A stretch of DNA of 64,000 nt. Source: Octopus sinensis (Eukaryota). Numbering within the stretch: position 1 is the first letter of the stretch; every line of letters starts with the position of its first letter. The translations under genes were made by a program, and so were the position numbers. Below, piece after piece: positions 40,297 through 52,135 of this stretch. The stretch lies in contig NC_043005.1 in assembly GCF_006345805.1 (NCBI RefSeq), positions 37,324,001 to 37,388,000 of the forward strand, given 5' to 3'. The notes beneath the pieces are model-generated. The model was given only the letters and a program-made list of their open reading frames with translations, had not been told where the DNA came from and searched no databases.

Positions 40297-42616
40297 GTTG
40301 ACACACACATTTGTAGATGCTGTTCATGTTAGAGAAGGTACTAAAACTCGACTACACCTTACAGATTCTACACTAAATATTTACAGTTTCTGATTTCAAA
40401 TCTTATAAATATAAAAAAATGAATACAGTACTAAGACTAATATCCAGATAAATTTATTAAAGGTTAATGATGTTTCAGTTCTTACTGGAACAAAGATTAA
40501 ATACTTTGCAATAGTTTGCTTGTTTTGTTTGTCCAAGTAGGGTTCAATAAAACAGACTTAAGATGAAATGAATTATTATTACTATAACTTCTTCAGAAAG
40601 GCCAGTGGATTTAGTGCAGTGAATTTATCCTAATGTTTTGCCTTATTTAGATAGTTAGCTTCAGTTAAAAATGGTTAGGGAAAGAAGAAACACAGTGACA
40701 AATTTTTGTCAAGATAATTCTTGGTGTGCATGTTATCAGTATATGAATGCTGGCAGCAATTCTGACAGAATTCTATTCTGATATTAGTAGTCTCAGTATA
40801 GGATCTGCGTATTCAATGTCAAAAAATAACTTTATTAGACTTAATGAAGGAAAATTCTTAACAACTAGAAAATTATGACTGATGCGATAAATGAAATGAC
40901 TCATTTATTCTCTTTTTTTTAATTTTCTCTCAAGGTTCTTGTTTAGCTTTCATCCTGGGAGATTTATATTGTAAAATTTGGTAGATAATTGAAGAATAGA
41001 AATGAGAAAAGAAACACACTTTTGACCTGTAAAAACTCTGTCAGTTGTATTTCTTTTTCTTTCATTTCTTTTTACATTATCTTGCAAGAAAGTATATGAA
41101 GAAAATCAGCAAAACCATATAAAGAGAATGAAAGAAAGAAATATATTTTCAATGTGTATGTGTGTATATATGTATGTGAATGCATGTGATATATGTGTAT
41201 ACAATCATACATACATACATACATATAGATATGCACACACACATACACATATTTGTGTGTGTGCGTATACATATATATATATGTGTGTGTGTGTATGCAT
41301 ATGCATATATATGTGTGTGTGTATACATATATAAATATATATACACACACACACACATGCATATACCTATACACACATGTATATACACACACACATGAAT
41401 GGGGAGAGTGAGAAAATAAATCTATAAATCTAAATATACAAAACAACAATTCATTTTGATGAAATTATTTATTTATTTATTTCAATTCATCTGACTTTCA
41501 AAAGAAATAGAAGATTGAACTGGTTAACCTTATATTATATTGTACATCACACACATAATAAACATATGCACATATATAAACACATAGGCATGTATAAACA
41601 TATGAAAATATATAAACATATGCATTTATATATAAAGATATGACACATTTTAAATATAAGCATACAAAAAGATGCAAATGTATAACATTACTGCCAGTGT
41701 GTGTGCTAAATCTGTCTCAAGGCTAATAATCAGATACTTATATTCAACTTACTGAGGAGTGCTCATAACATGCATACCGTCACACCAATGTGTGTTGTCT
41801 CTGAAGTTTATTAACCCCCTGAAACACACTACCATTGTTTCAATTAATTTTGAAAATTAACAAAAAAATTAAATAATTTTGTTATTTTTAAGAAGGGATT
41901 TGGAATATAACGTGATTGATGGAAGGTTTTGATTTTGACCATTCTAAAATAGAGCATTTGGCATCATAGGACCAGAGACAGTCTCAGGTGGGTTGATATC
42001 AAAAGGATTAATTTACTTTCAAACAGGAAGTTTGTATCAAGGCCACTGTTAAAAGGGTTGGTCTTTCCTGTTTACGTAACAAGTTATTTTCTGAAGGAAA
42101 TTTATCTGCGCAGTTTTAGTCTGGTTGTTTACATAAAACAGTTGAGATATTATTCGAATAAATCTGGCACTGTAAACTGATTGATGGATTTGGTGGTATG
42201 GTGGACAGACTTGGTCTGCTTAGGGTGCAATAGAGGTATTAAACTGGGTTAATATGTTCTGATTTCATTGGGAAGGTGGTCAGGGACTGTAAGGCATCAA
42301 GCAGAGTAGTTTTGAAATTATTCATAAGAGGGTAGGATGAGATTTTTATCATATTTTCTTCCATAATGTAGATCATAAAGATTTCTCACCTCCCTTGAAA
42401 ACTGTACAATGTAATATATTTCTGTATTTTCAGCAGTTAAATGCACTTATGCATTTTCAGCAGCACAAATCAATCTTTCCATTGAATTTTTGCAGTGACT
42501 GACCTCTGAAGAATTTTAAATATTTCTTTTTGTTTCATATGTGGTGTTCATAAAACAGACATTCACACACAGGAATGCATACACACAAACACACTGACAT
42601 GCATACATGTGCACAT

Positions 42617-42639
<23 letters not shown>

Positions 42640-42653
<14 letters not shown>

Positions 42654-43020
42654 ATTTATGAAGCCTTCCTTCTGATAGGTGAAATTTTTAAACATATTTT
42701 CATAACTTAGAAGTATGACAGTGTCATGAATAAAAGATAGTTAATGTTCCCATAACACCTTACTGGTGATCAGATTGAGAATCTCCAAGGCTTCCACTCC
42801 AAAGCAAAACACACACACACATGCACACTTCTGTTACTTAAGAAGCATTTTCTGAGACAGGTGATGTTTCTAAGCAGGTTTCTTTAACTTGAAGTATGAC
42901 AGCAACATACATTAGAAATATTTAATTTCGCCATATGATATAACAAAAACATTCAACTGATGATTAGATAAAAACTCTGAAAAAACGTTCACCCCTAGCA
43001 CACACACATACACACAAATT
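42640..43020. repeat. Old diverged tandem duplication, period ~185 bp, delimited by (CA)n
   Basis: Shared taactt(a)gaagtatgacag (~42703 and ~42886) and actg.tgat.agat. Confidence 0.6.
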
Positions 43021-43269
43021 CAAAAACATACTAGCCCACACTCTCAAATAAACAAACACAAACACACACACGTTATATAATACCAAATTTTTCTGTTTCT
43101 GTCTACCATTTGCACTCACAAAGAACTGATCAGCCCAAGGTTAGAACAGAAAGACAATGTGTCATACAGTGGGACTGAACCCAGAAACATGTAACTCCAA
43201 GCAAACTTTACAACCACATAATTCTGCTTGCACACACATACAGACATACACACATATATATATATACAT

Positions 43270-43381
<112 letters not shown>

Positions 43382-43575
43382 TAGTTGAATGAATTATCCT
43401 AGTATGGATAATTCCATTAACCGATACCCGGGTAGCAAATTCACGTCAGAAAAACACGGTTGAAGCCACATGCCAAGGGCAGAGATCACGTGCTTTTGTG
43501 TGGAAATTTGTGTTTTTTTTAATACAAATAAATGAAAGAATGGAGTTGAACGACGATTTAACAAAATTCCTTTAT

Positions 43576-43656
43576 TCTCGACATATGTTTCGAAGACTGC
43601 ATATTCCTAATTTCGAAGGAATAAGGGGTGCATTATGCCGCCTTCTCATCAGGAAA
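43576..43656 (-). ncRNA. Type I hammerhead ribozyme (copy 1, left arm, minus strand)
   Basis: Reverse complement of the right-arm motif (tctc-gacatatgtttc-gaagac...gccttc-tcatcag-gaaa on +); C17 corresponds to 43580. Confidence 0.85.
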
Positions 43657-43802
43657 GACAAGGAACTTATGTCAGCATCATGATGAACAAAACTTTTAGA
43701 TGACTGCCCACACGGAGTCCATAGAGATTATCACTATGGACTCCGTGTGGGCAGTCATCTAAAAGTTTTTGTTCATCATGATGCTGACATAAGTTCCTTG
43801 TC

Positions 43803-43883
43803 TTTCCTGATGAGAAGGCGGCATAATGCACCCCTTATTCCTTCGAAATTAGGAATATGCAGTCTTCGAAACATATGTCGAGA
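43803..43883 (+). ncRNA. Type I hammerhead ribozyme (copy 1, right arm); predicted cleavage after GUC at 43879
   Basis: Stem I tttc/gaga; core CTGATGA 43807-43813; stem II GAAGGC-G-GCATA...TATGC-A-GTCTTC; GAAA 43868-43871; palindromic stem III ACATATGT; H17=C. Confidence 0.85.
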
Positions 43884-43954
43884 ATAAGGAATTTTGTTAA
43901 ATCGTCGTTCAACTCCATTCTTTCATTTATTTGTACATATATATATATATATAT

Positions 43955-44004
<50 letters not shown>

Positions 44005-44197
44005 TAGTTGAATGAATTATCCTAGTATGGATAATTCCATTAACCGATACCCGGGTAGCAAATTCACGTCAGAAAAACACGGTTGAAGCCACATGCCAAG
44101 GGCAGAGATCACGTGCTTTTGTGTGGAAATTTGTGTTTTTTTTAATACAAATAAATGAAAGAATGGAGTTGAACGACGATTTAACAAAATTCCTTAT

Positions 44198-44278
44198 TCT
44201 CGACATATGTTTCGAAGACTGCATATTCCTAATTTCGAAGGAATAAGGGGTGCATTATGCCGCCTTCTCATCAGGAAA
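44198..44278 (-). ncRNA. Type I hammerhead ribozyme (copy 2, left arm, minus strand)
   Basis: Same motif as 43576-43656; C17 corresponds to 44202. Confidence 0.85.
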
Positions 44279-44424
44279 GACAAGGAACTTATGTCAGCAT
44301 CATGATGAACAAAACTTTTAGATGACTGCCCACACGGAGTCCATAGAGATTATCACTATGGACTCCGTGTGGGCAGTCATCTAAAAGTTTTTGTTCATCA
44401 TGATGCTGACATAAGTTCCTTGTC

Positions 44425-44505
44425 TTTCCTGATGAGAAGGCGGCATAATGCACCCCTTATTCCTTCGAAATTAGGAATATGCAGTCTTCGAAACATATGT
44501 CGAGA
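44425..44505 (+). ncRNA. Type I hammerhead ribozyme (copy 2, right arm); predicted cleavage after 44501
   Basis: Same motif as 43803-43883 (CTGATGA at 44429, GAAACATATGTC ending 44501). Confidence 0.85.
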
Positions 44506-44554
44506 ATAAAGGAATTTTGTTAAATCGTCGTTCAACTCCATTCTTTCATTTATT

Positions 44555-44592
<38 letters not shown>

Positions 44593-44596
<4 letters not shown>

Positions 44597-44763
44597 TTAA
44601 TACACATAGGGTTTAACTTTGAGCTACTATTAGTTTCATGCCTCTTTTAGTCTGAATTATCACTTGAAAATATGCAGTATGCTGTACAAGCTTGCCTAAC
44701 CATTGTATTCAGATACATGAAACTAGTAGTAGCTTCAATTTAAACCCTGTGAGCATTAAATGA
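44593..44763. mobile_element. MITE / foldback element with ~48-bp imperfect terminal inverted repeats
   Basis: 44593-44640 (tcatttaat...agggtttaa...gctacta.tagtttcatg) is an imperfect reverse complement of 44716-44763 (catgaaacta.tagtagc...ttaaaccct...attaaatga). Confidence 0.75.
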
Positions 44764-45260
44764 CATTTATTTCTCACTAGATGGAATACTTTTTTTTGTT
44801 AATCCCTCCAATAATGGAACAATGACTGCAACACCAATGTCTGTCTTGATATTGATTTTTTTATATATCGCTGGCAGGCAAATGAGTCACTATTATATCT
44901 AGCGGTTGAGCATCCATCATTTTGATAAGATCAAGGATGTTCAAAATCATGCGATCTGATGGTCTCAGCGCCGGAGATTCTGGGTATTTGTCTCCATGCT
45001 AATGATATAAGCTTTGGAAAAATAACAGTTAAAATCATTCTACACTCTTCAAAACTAGCACTAAGAATAAGTACAAGTTAAAATTACTTCCTGCTTTTGT
45101 GGCAAGTTGATGCAGATAGTTCATCCTGCCCCTCCGACTTTTAGTTCTTGCAAGTGAAAAATCAACATTATTTATGGGATGACCCAATATATATATATAT
45201 ATATGTATGTATATACATCATTTAATACACATATTTTCTCTCCTTTTTTTTTCTGTGTCC

Positions 45261-45296
45261 CTTTCTGTAGAAGAGTGTAAGCTCAAAACGTAAAAG
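45261..45296 (+). ncRNA. Degenerate hammerhead-like motif in a related repeat (~45216-45390)
   Basis: cttt-CTGTAGA-A-GAGT-gtaa-GCTC-AAAA-CG-TA-aaag. Same architecture as the 15905 motif and shared downstream ttcctgagcgt...taatac. Confidence 0.4.
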
Positions 45297-45899
45297 CCTT
45301 TTTCTATTCCTGAGCGTTATACTAATACATCTGTTTGTTTTGTACACCACCTGTCTTCGTCTTTTGTTTTTTTTTCGTAAACTCTCCCTATATAAATATA
45401 TACACACTTAAATTTCTCCTTGCATTCTAATTTCATATAAAGCTACTGCTACTGGACTACAGCCACCTGGCACATGTAAGCAAGCATGGCTTAATAATGT
45501 ACCATATTTTTGCTAATTGTTTTAAATACTTATGTCATGGTGAGCCAATATAAACATCCTTTTGGACACTATATTCTTGACCCAGCTGAATATTGAGAAT
45601 ATTGAGAATATGATGAGTGAATAGGGAGAGAGAGAAAGCCTGAGAGATGCACCAGCATTTTGCTGGAATTCATTTACTGGTTAGATGACTGAAGTAACAT
45701 GGAAGATATCTTTGCTTAAGGATACAATGCACCACCTAATCAATCTATTGAACTCACAGCCTTATGACTGAATACACTAAATCCTATACTAAGGACCATC
45801 ACTTATTGTTGCCAAATGTAAATTTATGGACTGAGATAGAAAATTCTTTATGATGTACAAGCACAAACAAACAATATACATAGAGAATAAAAGATACAT

Positions 45900-46293
45900 C
45901 TTTTATCTTTTACTTGTTTCAGTCATCAGACTGTGGCCATGCTGGGGCATTGCCTTGAAGAACTTTAGTTGAAAAAATTGCCCTTGGCCCATATTTCTAT
46001 TTTAAGCCTGGTACTTAGTCTGTCAGAATTTTTTTTTCCAAACTTCTATGTACAGAGACGAAAACATACCAACACTATCTGTCAAGTGGTGGTGGTGGTG
46101 GTGGTGAACAAACACAGATACACCCCACCACACAAACATATATGACAGGCATCTTTCAATTTCCATTCACGAGTCTTTCATCACCTCAAGGCTTATAGTA
46201 GGAGATACTTGCCCAAAGTACCATGCAATGGGACTAAACCCAGAACCATGTGGTTGAGAAGCAAACAGCTTACCACACAGCCACACGTGTACC
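45900..46293 (-). mobile_element. Older family B SINE
   Basis: cttttacttgtttcagtc...ttaccacacagcc, colinear with 20086-20492. Confidence 0.75.
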
Positions 46294-46941
46294 TATATGA
46301 ATACAGTGTATTTGATTTATGCTGCATTTGAACTCAGAACCATGATAGTAGAAGAATTAATTCTCTGCACTTAGTCCACCATCTTATTTTAATAAAAACA
46401 AACACAGTATATAATTCTCACTAGCAATTTGGTTACTATATAGGTATGTATACACACACACGCACACACTCATTGAAGTTCACAAAACAGGACACATAAA
46501 AACTCTCATCTAAGTTCTTTGAATAGTTTAATAGTTTGTTATAATTTTATTATATGTGAACATGGAAAAATTAAAGAATCACACATGTACATGCATATAT
46601 ACCTGACTATCTACCTATCTGACTGCCTACATATCTACCTTTCTGTCTGTCTGTTTATCTATCTGTATACCTATCAATGCATACACGCACACACACACAC
46701 ACATGACACAGTATGCATTTATTTGCTGCAAGAGATGCTTAAAGGCAATAAAAAGCCATAGACAAATACATTTCATTAAAATAACTCTTCCCTATCACTT
46801 AGTCAAGCAAAGATAGTTGTATTAATAATCACTAACACCTTCATAGAAGTGGCCACGCATGTGTATAGCTTATATAGAAGTACATCATATATATATGTAT
46901 ATATATAATATATATAATATATGCATATATATATATATTTG

Positions 46942-46976
<35 letters not shown>

Positions 46977-47259
46977 TATATATATAATATATATATATGT
47001 ACATATATATATATGTATATATATATATATATGTATATATGTACATATATGTATGTATATATAGATATATAGTGTGTATATATATATATATATATATGGA
47101 TCAATAGAAACATATCATTGGACAGTATGTGTATTTCTGTGTGATTCAACAAACACATACACACAATTTTATATACAGACATGCATACTTGTATGGGTGT
47201 ATGTATATATGTATGTATAAATATATATATATATGTTTGTATGTGTGTGTATATATACA

Positions 47260-47296
<37 letters not shown>

Positions 47297-47735
47297 TCAG
47301 CTTGTTTTTGTTTGCATAGCAGCTTCTTTATATGTATGTTTTATACAAATGGCTGCATTTTCTAATTCATTTTCTAAAAATTCTGTTGACATAGAACCGA
47401 TGGGAAGAAAGTAAGCAAGAATAGAATATTTTTACACATTCACTGACATAAGCGCATACATACATGCATATGCACGCACGCGCACACGCTTGTATGTAAA
47501 CAAAATAACCATACCACACAGAAGTACTCTTGTGTAAACATTATAAACATCTAGAAGAAACAAGCAAATTCACAAATGCAGTCATGTGGAACCAATTCAT
47601 ATATGCATGCACATACATATACATTGATATATATGTGTGTGTATATCAGTTTGTGTGTGTATGTATATACATATATATATATATATATATATTTATATAC
47701 ACACACAAATCTCTCTCTCTCTCTCTTTCTCTCTC

Positions 47736-47772
<37 letters not shown>

Positions 47773-49195
47773 TGCATGAAATCAAACTGATATAAGAACA
47801 TTTAGCTATTTAGAAATTTTTTCTCAAGTGTTTGGAAAATTTATCCTCAGATCAAATTGCTTTCTCTGAATCTTTTCTTTTTTCTTTTTGTGTGTGTAAG
47901 TATATGTGCATACATTTGTGCATGTGTGCATGTACTCATAGATTCATTGATATATACCTACCTACATACTTACCTACCTGCCTATATTCACATTTACATT
48001 CTTAACCATGACCTTATTCACATACATACATATCCTTATACAAAAGCATACACCAAATTATATGCACCTCATATTCTTATTTACATTTATAACTGTGTAT
48101 TAAGCTTAGAGTATAGCTCTATGATTAAGATGTCCACTATGCAGGCACATGTTTTCAAGTTCAATCCCAAAGTACAGAACCTTGGGCAAACATCTACTCT
48201 AGCCTTAATCTTACCTATATCTTGTGAGTGAATTTGGTGGTTGAATACTGCGTGGAAGCCTGTTATGTATCAATTGTGTACCTTTGGTGTCTTTCTTACT
48301 GTTTCAATGTTCATTTGGTTGTGTCTCTGTAATTTTGCAGTTCAGCAAAATGATATCGATGGAATAAGAGCCAAACATAAAATAAATATTAGAGTCAATT
48401 TGAACAACTAAACCACTTCGAGGTAGTTCCCCAGCACAGTCTTGGTCCCATAAATACCAGTATTACATTGTGGCAAAGAAAGAACAGACTTTCCACAAAA
48501 GATTTTGCATGCATGCCTCATCTTTGCATTGCATGAAAGTTGTAAAAACATGTCACTGTCATACAAGAGGAGTTGTTCACTTGCAGTATTCCATGGGAAA
48601 CATGTGGTCAGGAAAGGAGTGAGGATTGGTGATAGGAAGAGCATTGGTGATAGGCAGAGCATTCAGCTGCCAAAATCTGCCTCAACATATTTTGTCTGCC
48701 CCATACAAACAAGAGAATGTGGATGTTAAAAACTACGATGCTGGTGATGCATACACACACACACACACACATACACACACACACACAACACACACACACA
48801 CAGAGGTTAGTTAAAATATGTTTGCCACATATTTCAACTTCTAAAGGCAAATTTACTGTAGTTATCATGGAGAAAAAATTCTCTCTTATGATAAAAGGTG
48901 CTAAAATCACCATATCTGCCTAGTGTTGCCCCTTCCTTACTGGATTCCCAGATACAGCATTTCTAGCTTTTTAACTGTTATCAATGGGAAATACTGAAGA
49001 GAAGTAACTCTGGGCAGATTTAAAGCTGTGGCTTTAACAAAAACACAGCCAACAACATTGATTGAGTTGTGCAATTAGAGTGCCAAGTCACAGGAAATTA
49101 CAGCAGTATCAACACTGAGCAGTGTTTAGGCATAAATGAACTTTAGGTTAGTTGAAATACGTTTGTGACATGTTTCAACTTATATATATACATAC

Positions 49196-49228
<33 letters not shown>

Positions 49229-49795
49229 ATATTTACATGTATTATATATAGTAATGTTTTATAGATGGATTTTTGTGTTACTTCAGAATAGTTTACATAT
49301 AGCATTGAGTACTTATTCATCTAAATTTATGCCACTGATCCATTGAGGTTATTTACGTTAGCTCATTAAAATTTTTTTTATTAAACAATCATTATAATTA
49401 GCATAAAATTTTCTCTGCATCAACAAAACTCCAGTTGGCCATCACAAGTTTGTCATTTTGAAATCCAGCTTTGGTTTCCGTATTTATCTTAGAATTTTGA
49501 GTAAAATAATGTAAAATACAGTGTAGATAAATCAACACATTTGAAATTATTTCCAATGTCTGATGTGACATAAATAAATAATTGATAAGCTATGTAAAAC
49601 AACATGGCTTAACTTTACAGATGAATAAAATATATAGACATTTCTATATTTCATGATGGTGGAGTAGTTGATATTTCGCATGTTTACAAAGATTTATGCT
49701 TAACAGATACATATATATTGTATCATCATCATCATCATCATCATTTAGAGTCTGTTTTCTATACTAGCTTGGATTAGACAGTTTGAGTGGAACTA

Positions 49796-50121
49796 AAGAA
49801 GACTCCGCCGGTTACAACGACGAGGGTCCCAGCTGATACGATCAACGGAACAGCTTGCTCGTGAAATTAACGTGCAAATGGCTGAGCATTCCACAGACAC
49901 GTGTACCCTTAACGTAGTTCTCGGGGATAATCAGCGTGACACAGAGAGTGACAAGGCTGACCCTTTGAAATACAAGTACAACTCATTTTTGCCAGCTGAG
50001 TGGACTGGAGCAATGTGAAATAAAGTGTCTTGCTCAAGGACACAACGCGTCGCCGGGAATCGAACTCACAACCTTACGATCATGAGCCGAATGCCCTAAC
50101 CACTAAGCCACGTGCCCTCAC
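49796..50121 (-). mobile_element. Young tRNA-derived SINE with 13-bp TSD, inserted in an RTE-tailed repeat
   Basis: ttgagtggaacta at 49783-49795 and 50122-50134. Minus-strand head gtgagggcacgtggcttagtggttag...gagttcgattcccgg has A and B boxes; CpG-rich. Older copies lie near 7415-7600 (+), 17985-18165 (-) and 59040-59370 (+). Confidence 0.88.
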
Positions 50122-52019
50122 TTGAGTGGAACTAGTAAGCTGGAGAGTTGCATCAAGCTCCAGTCTGTTTTGCCTTGGTTTCTATGGTTTGTTACCCTTC
50201 CTAATGCCAACCACTCCACAGAATGTACTAAGTGCCTTTTACGTGTCACTGGCACCAGTAACTTCTACATGCCACCAGCACTGGCCATGACTACAATTTC
50301 ATTTAGCTTGATGTATCTTTGCAAGTACAGCAAATTGCCAAAAGCCTCAGTCACATGTTATTGCCTCTGTGAGACTCAGTATCAAAAGATTATATTTCAC
50401 TACCTTGTCCTGTGTCTTCCTGGGTCTACCTCTTCCATAGGTTCCATCCATAGTTAGAGATCAGTACTTTTTTATGCAGCTGTCCTCATCCACATATATT
50501 TATATATATATATATATTATGAGTGTGTATGTGTATAATATGTGTATCCATTGATGGTTTATGTCTCCTTGTGTTGGCATTGTATGATAGTTATAAACTA
50601 GTATCACTATCATAAAAGGGGTGTGGTTTATTTTCAGTCTTTCATGAAAACATGTCTGGTCATGAAAAGGCATTACTTTGCTGAGATTGAAATGAGTGTT
50701 GGCCACAGAACAGGCTTCCTGCTGTAGAAAATATGTTTTAACAAATTCCATCCATCTAACCTAAACTTGTATGGAAAAGTGAATGTTAAAATGATGTTGA
50801 TACTGATGATGATATATATATATATATATATATATATAAATCTATGTAGAAGGATTTAAAATATATAACATTTAAGTTTTATGTGTGGTTGATAAAATTA
50901 ATGTGTATAGTTGTGTAAGGAAAATAAACTGTACACCTGAAAAATAATGTCAGTTTAACGATACATGGCAACAACTTGTTTAATGAAATCTCTTCTGTAT
51001 CTATATGTTATAGCTTTTAAAATAAATGTTATCTCTTGGTTGTTTTATTGATGATTAAAACACTGACTGAAACTACTACAATTAAAACACATAAACTCTC
51101 AGATAAACATTTAAAGTTGAAATACTATCTCCAGGATTAATTTTGCTTCAATCTTATGTTTAATTGACATAGAGTGCATGAACACATTTTAAAACTGTCG
51201 TGCTGCTTTTCATTTCAGTAAAATTATGTATAAATTTATCCACACCAGTGTGAGCTCAAATTGTCTTTTCATTTAAGCAATCAACTCTATAGTGAATCAT
51301 CTTTTCTTTCAATATATTCCATTTGATGCGCCAATCATTTTTATATGTATATAACTAATGCCTGATTGTAATGTTACTTCTGATACTAGGTACTCTGAGT
51401 TCCAATCTTATTGAGTTTATCTTTGCCATTCATCTCTTTGTGCTTGATAAAGCAAGTATCACTCTAAGTGGCATTAGGAAGGGTATCAAACCATAGAAAT
51501 GTAAGAATGTAACAAAGTCTTGTGAAATTTGTTCCAGCTCAAATCTTTCTACAGCATGTATGTTGGTAAACTTAATCGAACCCTTGTTTTAACAACACCA
51601 TCTGGCACCTTTTGTGCCTTAAGCAGAATCTATTTCATTACATCATCCAGGTTAAGTTTTCAGTTTAAGGATACCTTCTTTCCCCTTGGCTTCCCACAAG
51701 TTTCAGAGGCCCTATGAAGGGTCAAGTGTGTTGCCATTTTTAATGACTAAAAAGATATAAGAAAGCATAGAATAGGATAGGTGAAGGAGGCATAGGGTTC
51801 TGAAGTTCTATAATTCAACTTCTCCATTATTGGTGCCATGGAAAAAGTATCCAGTACACTTTATAGATTGGCTAATGGTAGGAAGGGTATCTAACCATAG
51901 AAACCAAACCAAAAGACAGGTGTGAGCACCAGTCTGTAGAAGCACCAGCACCTAATAATAAATAGTTTGGACCAGGGTGATCAATCCAGCCCGTACCAGT
52001 TTGGAAAGTGAACATAAAA

Positions 52020-52135
52020 ATGATGGTGATGAAAATGACAATAATGATAAAGACAGTGATAATAGTGATGAGGAGGAGGAGGGGAATGATGACGATGATG
52101 ATGACAATGATGATGACAATGACTGCTTTAGTAGT
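52020..52135. repeat. Degenerate (GAT/GAC/GAG)n trinucleotide tract
   Basis: Source of the acidic ORF 51977-52276. Similar tracts lie at 55845-55995 and, as (GTT)n-like, at 125-215. Confidence 0.8.

Larger units (their letters stand above)
43523..43935. repeat. 413-bp near-perfect palindrome (copy 1): arms 43523-43724 and 43734-43935, loop agattatca
   Basis: Left arm tacaaataaatgaaag...ggagtccatag is the reverse complement of right arm ctatggactcc...ctttcatttatttgta. By eye only two 1-nt homopolymer indels differ. Confidence 0.97.
44146..44558. repeat. 413-bp near-perfect palindrome (copy 2), loop agattatca
   Basis: Same arms and loop as copy 1, offset by 623 bp. Confidence 0.97.

Noticed and set aside
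41750-41780. CTGAGGA-GTGCTC-ATAA-CATG hammerhead-like string
   Set aside because: GAAA replaced and stems too weak; within chance expectation for 64 kb.
43498-43683. 61-aa ORF MWKFVFFLIQ... across the left palindrome arm
   Set aside because: No recognisable domain; the sequence is fully explained by RNA structure. The 1-nt indel in copy 2 shifts this frame.
49990-50121. tRNA genes suggested by A/B-box heads (also 14620-14699, 38893-38965)
   Set aside because: They continue into SINE bodies, lack complete cloverleaves and have TSDs or tails; treated as SINE heads.
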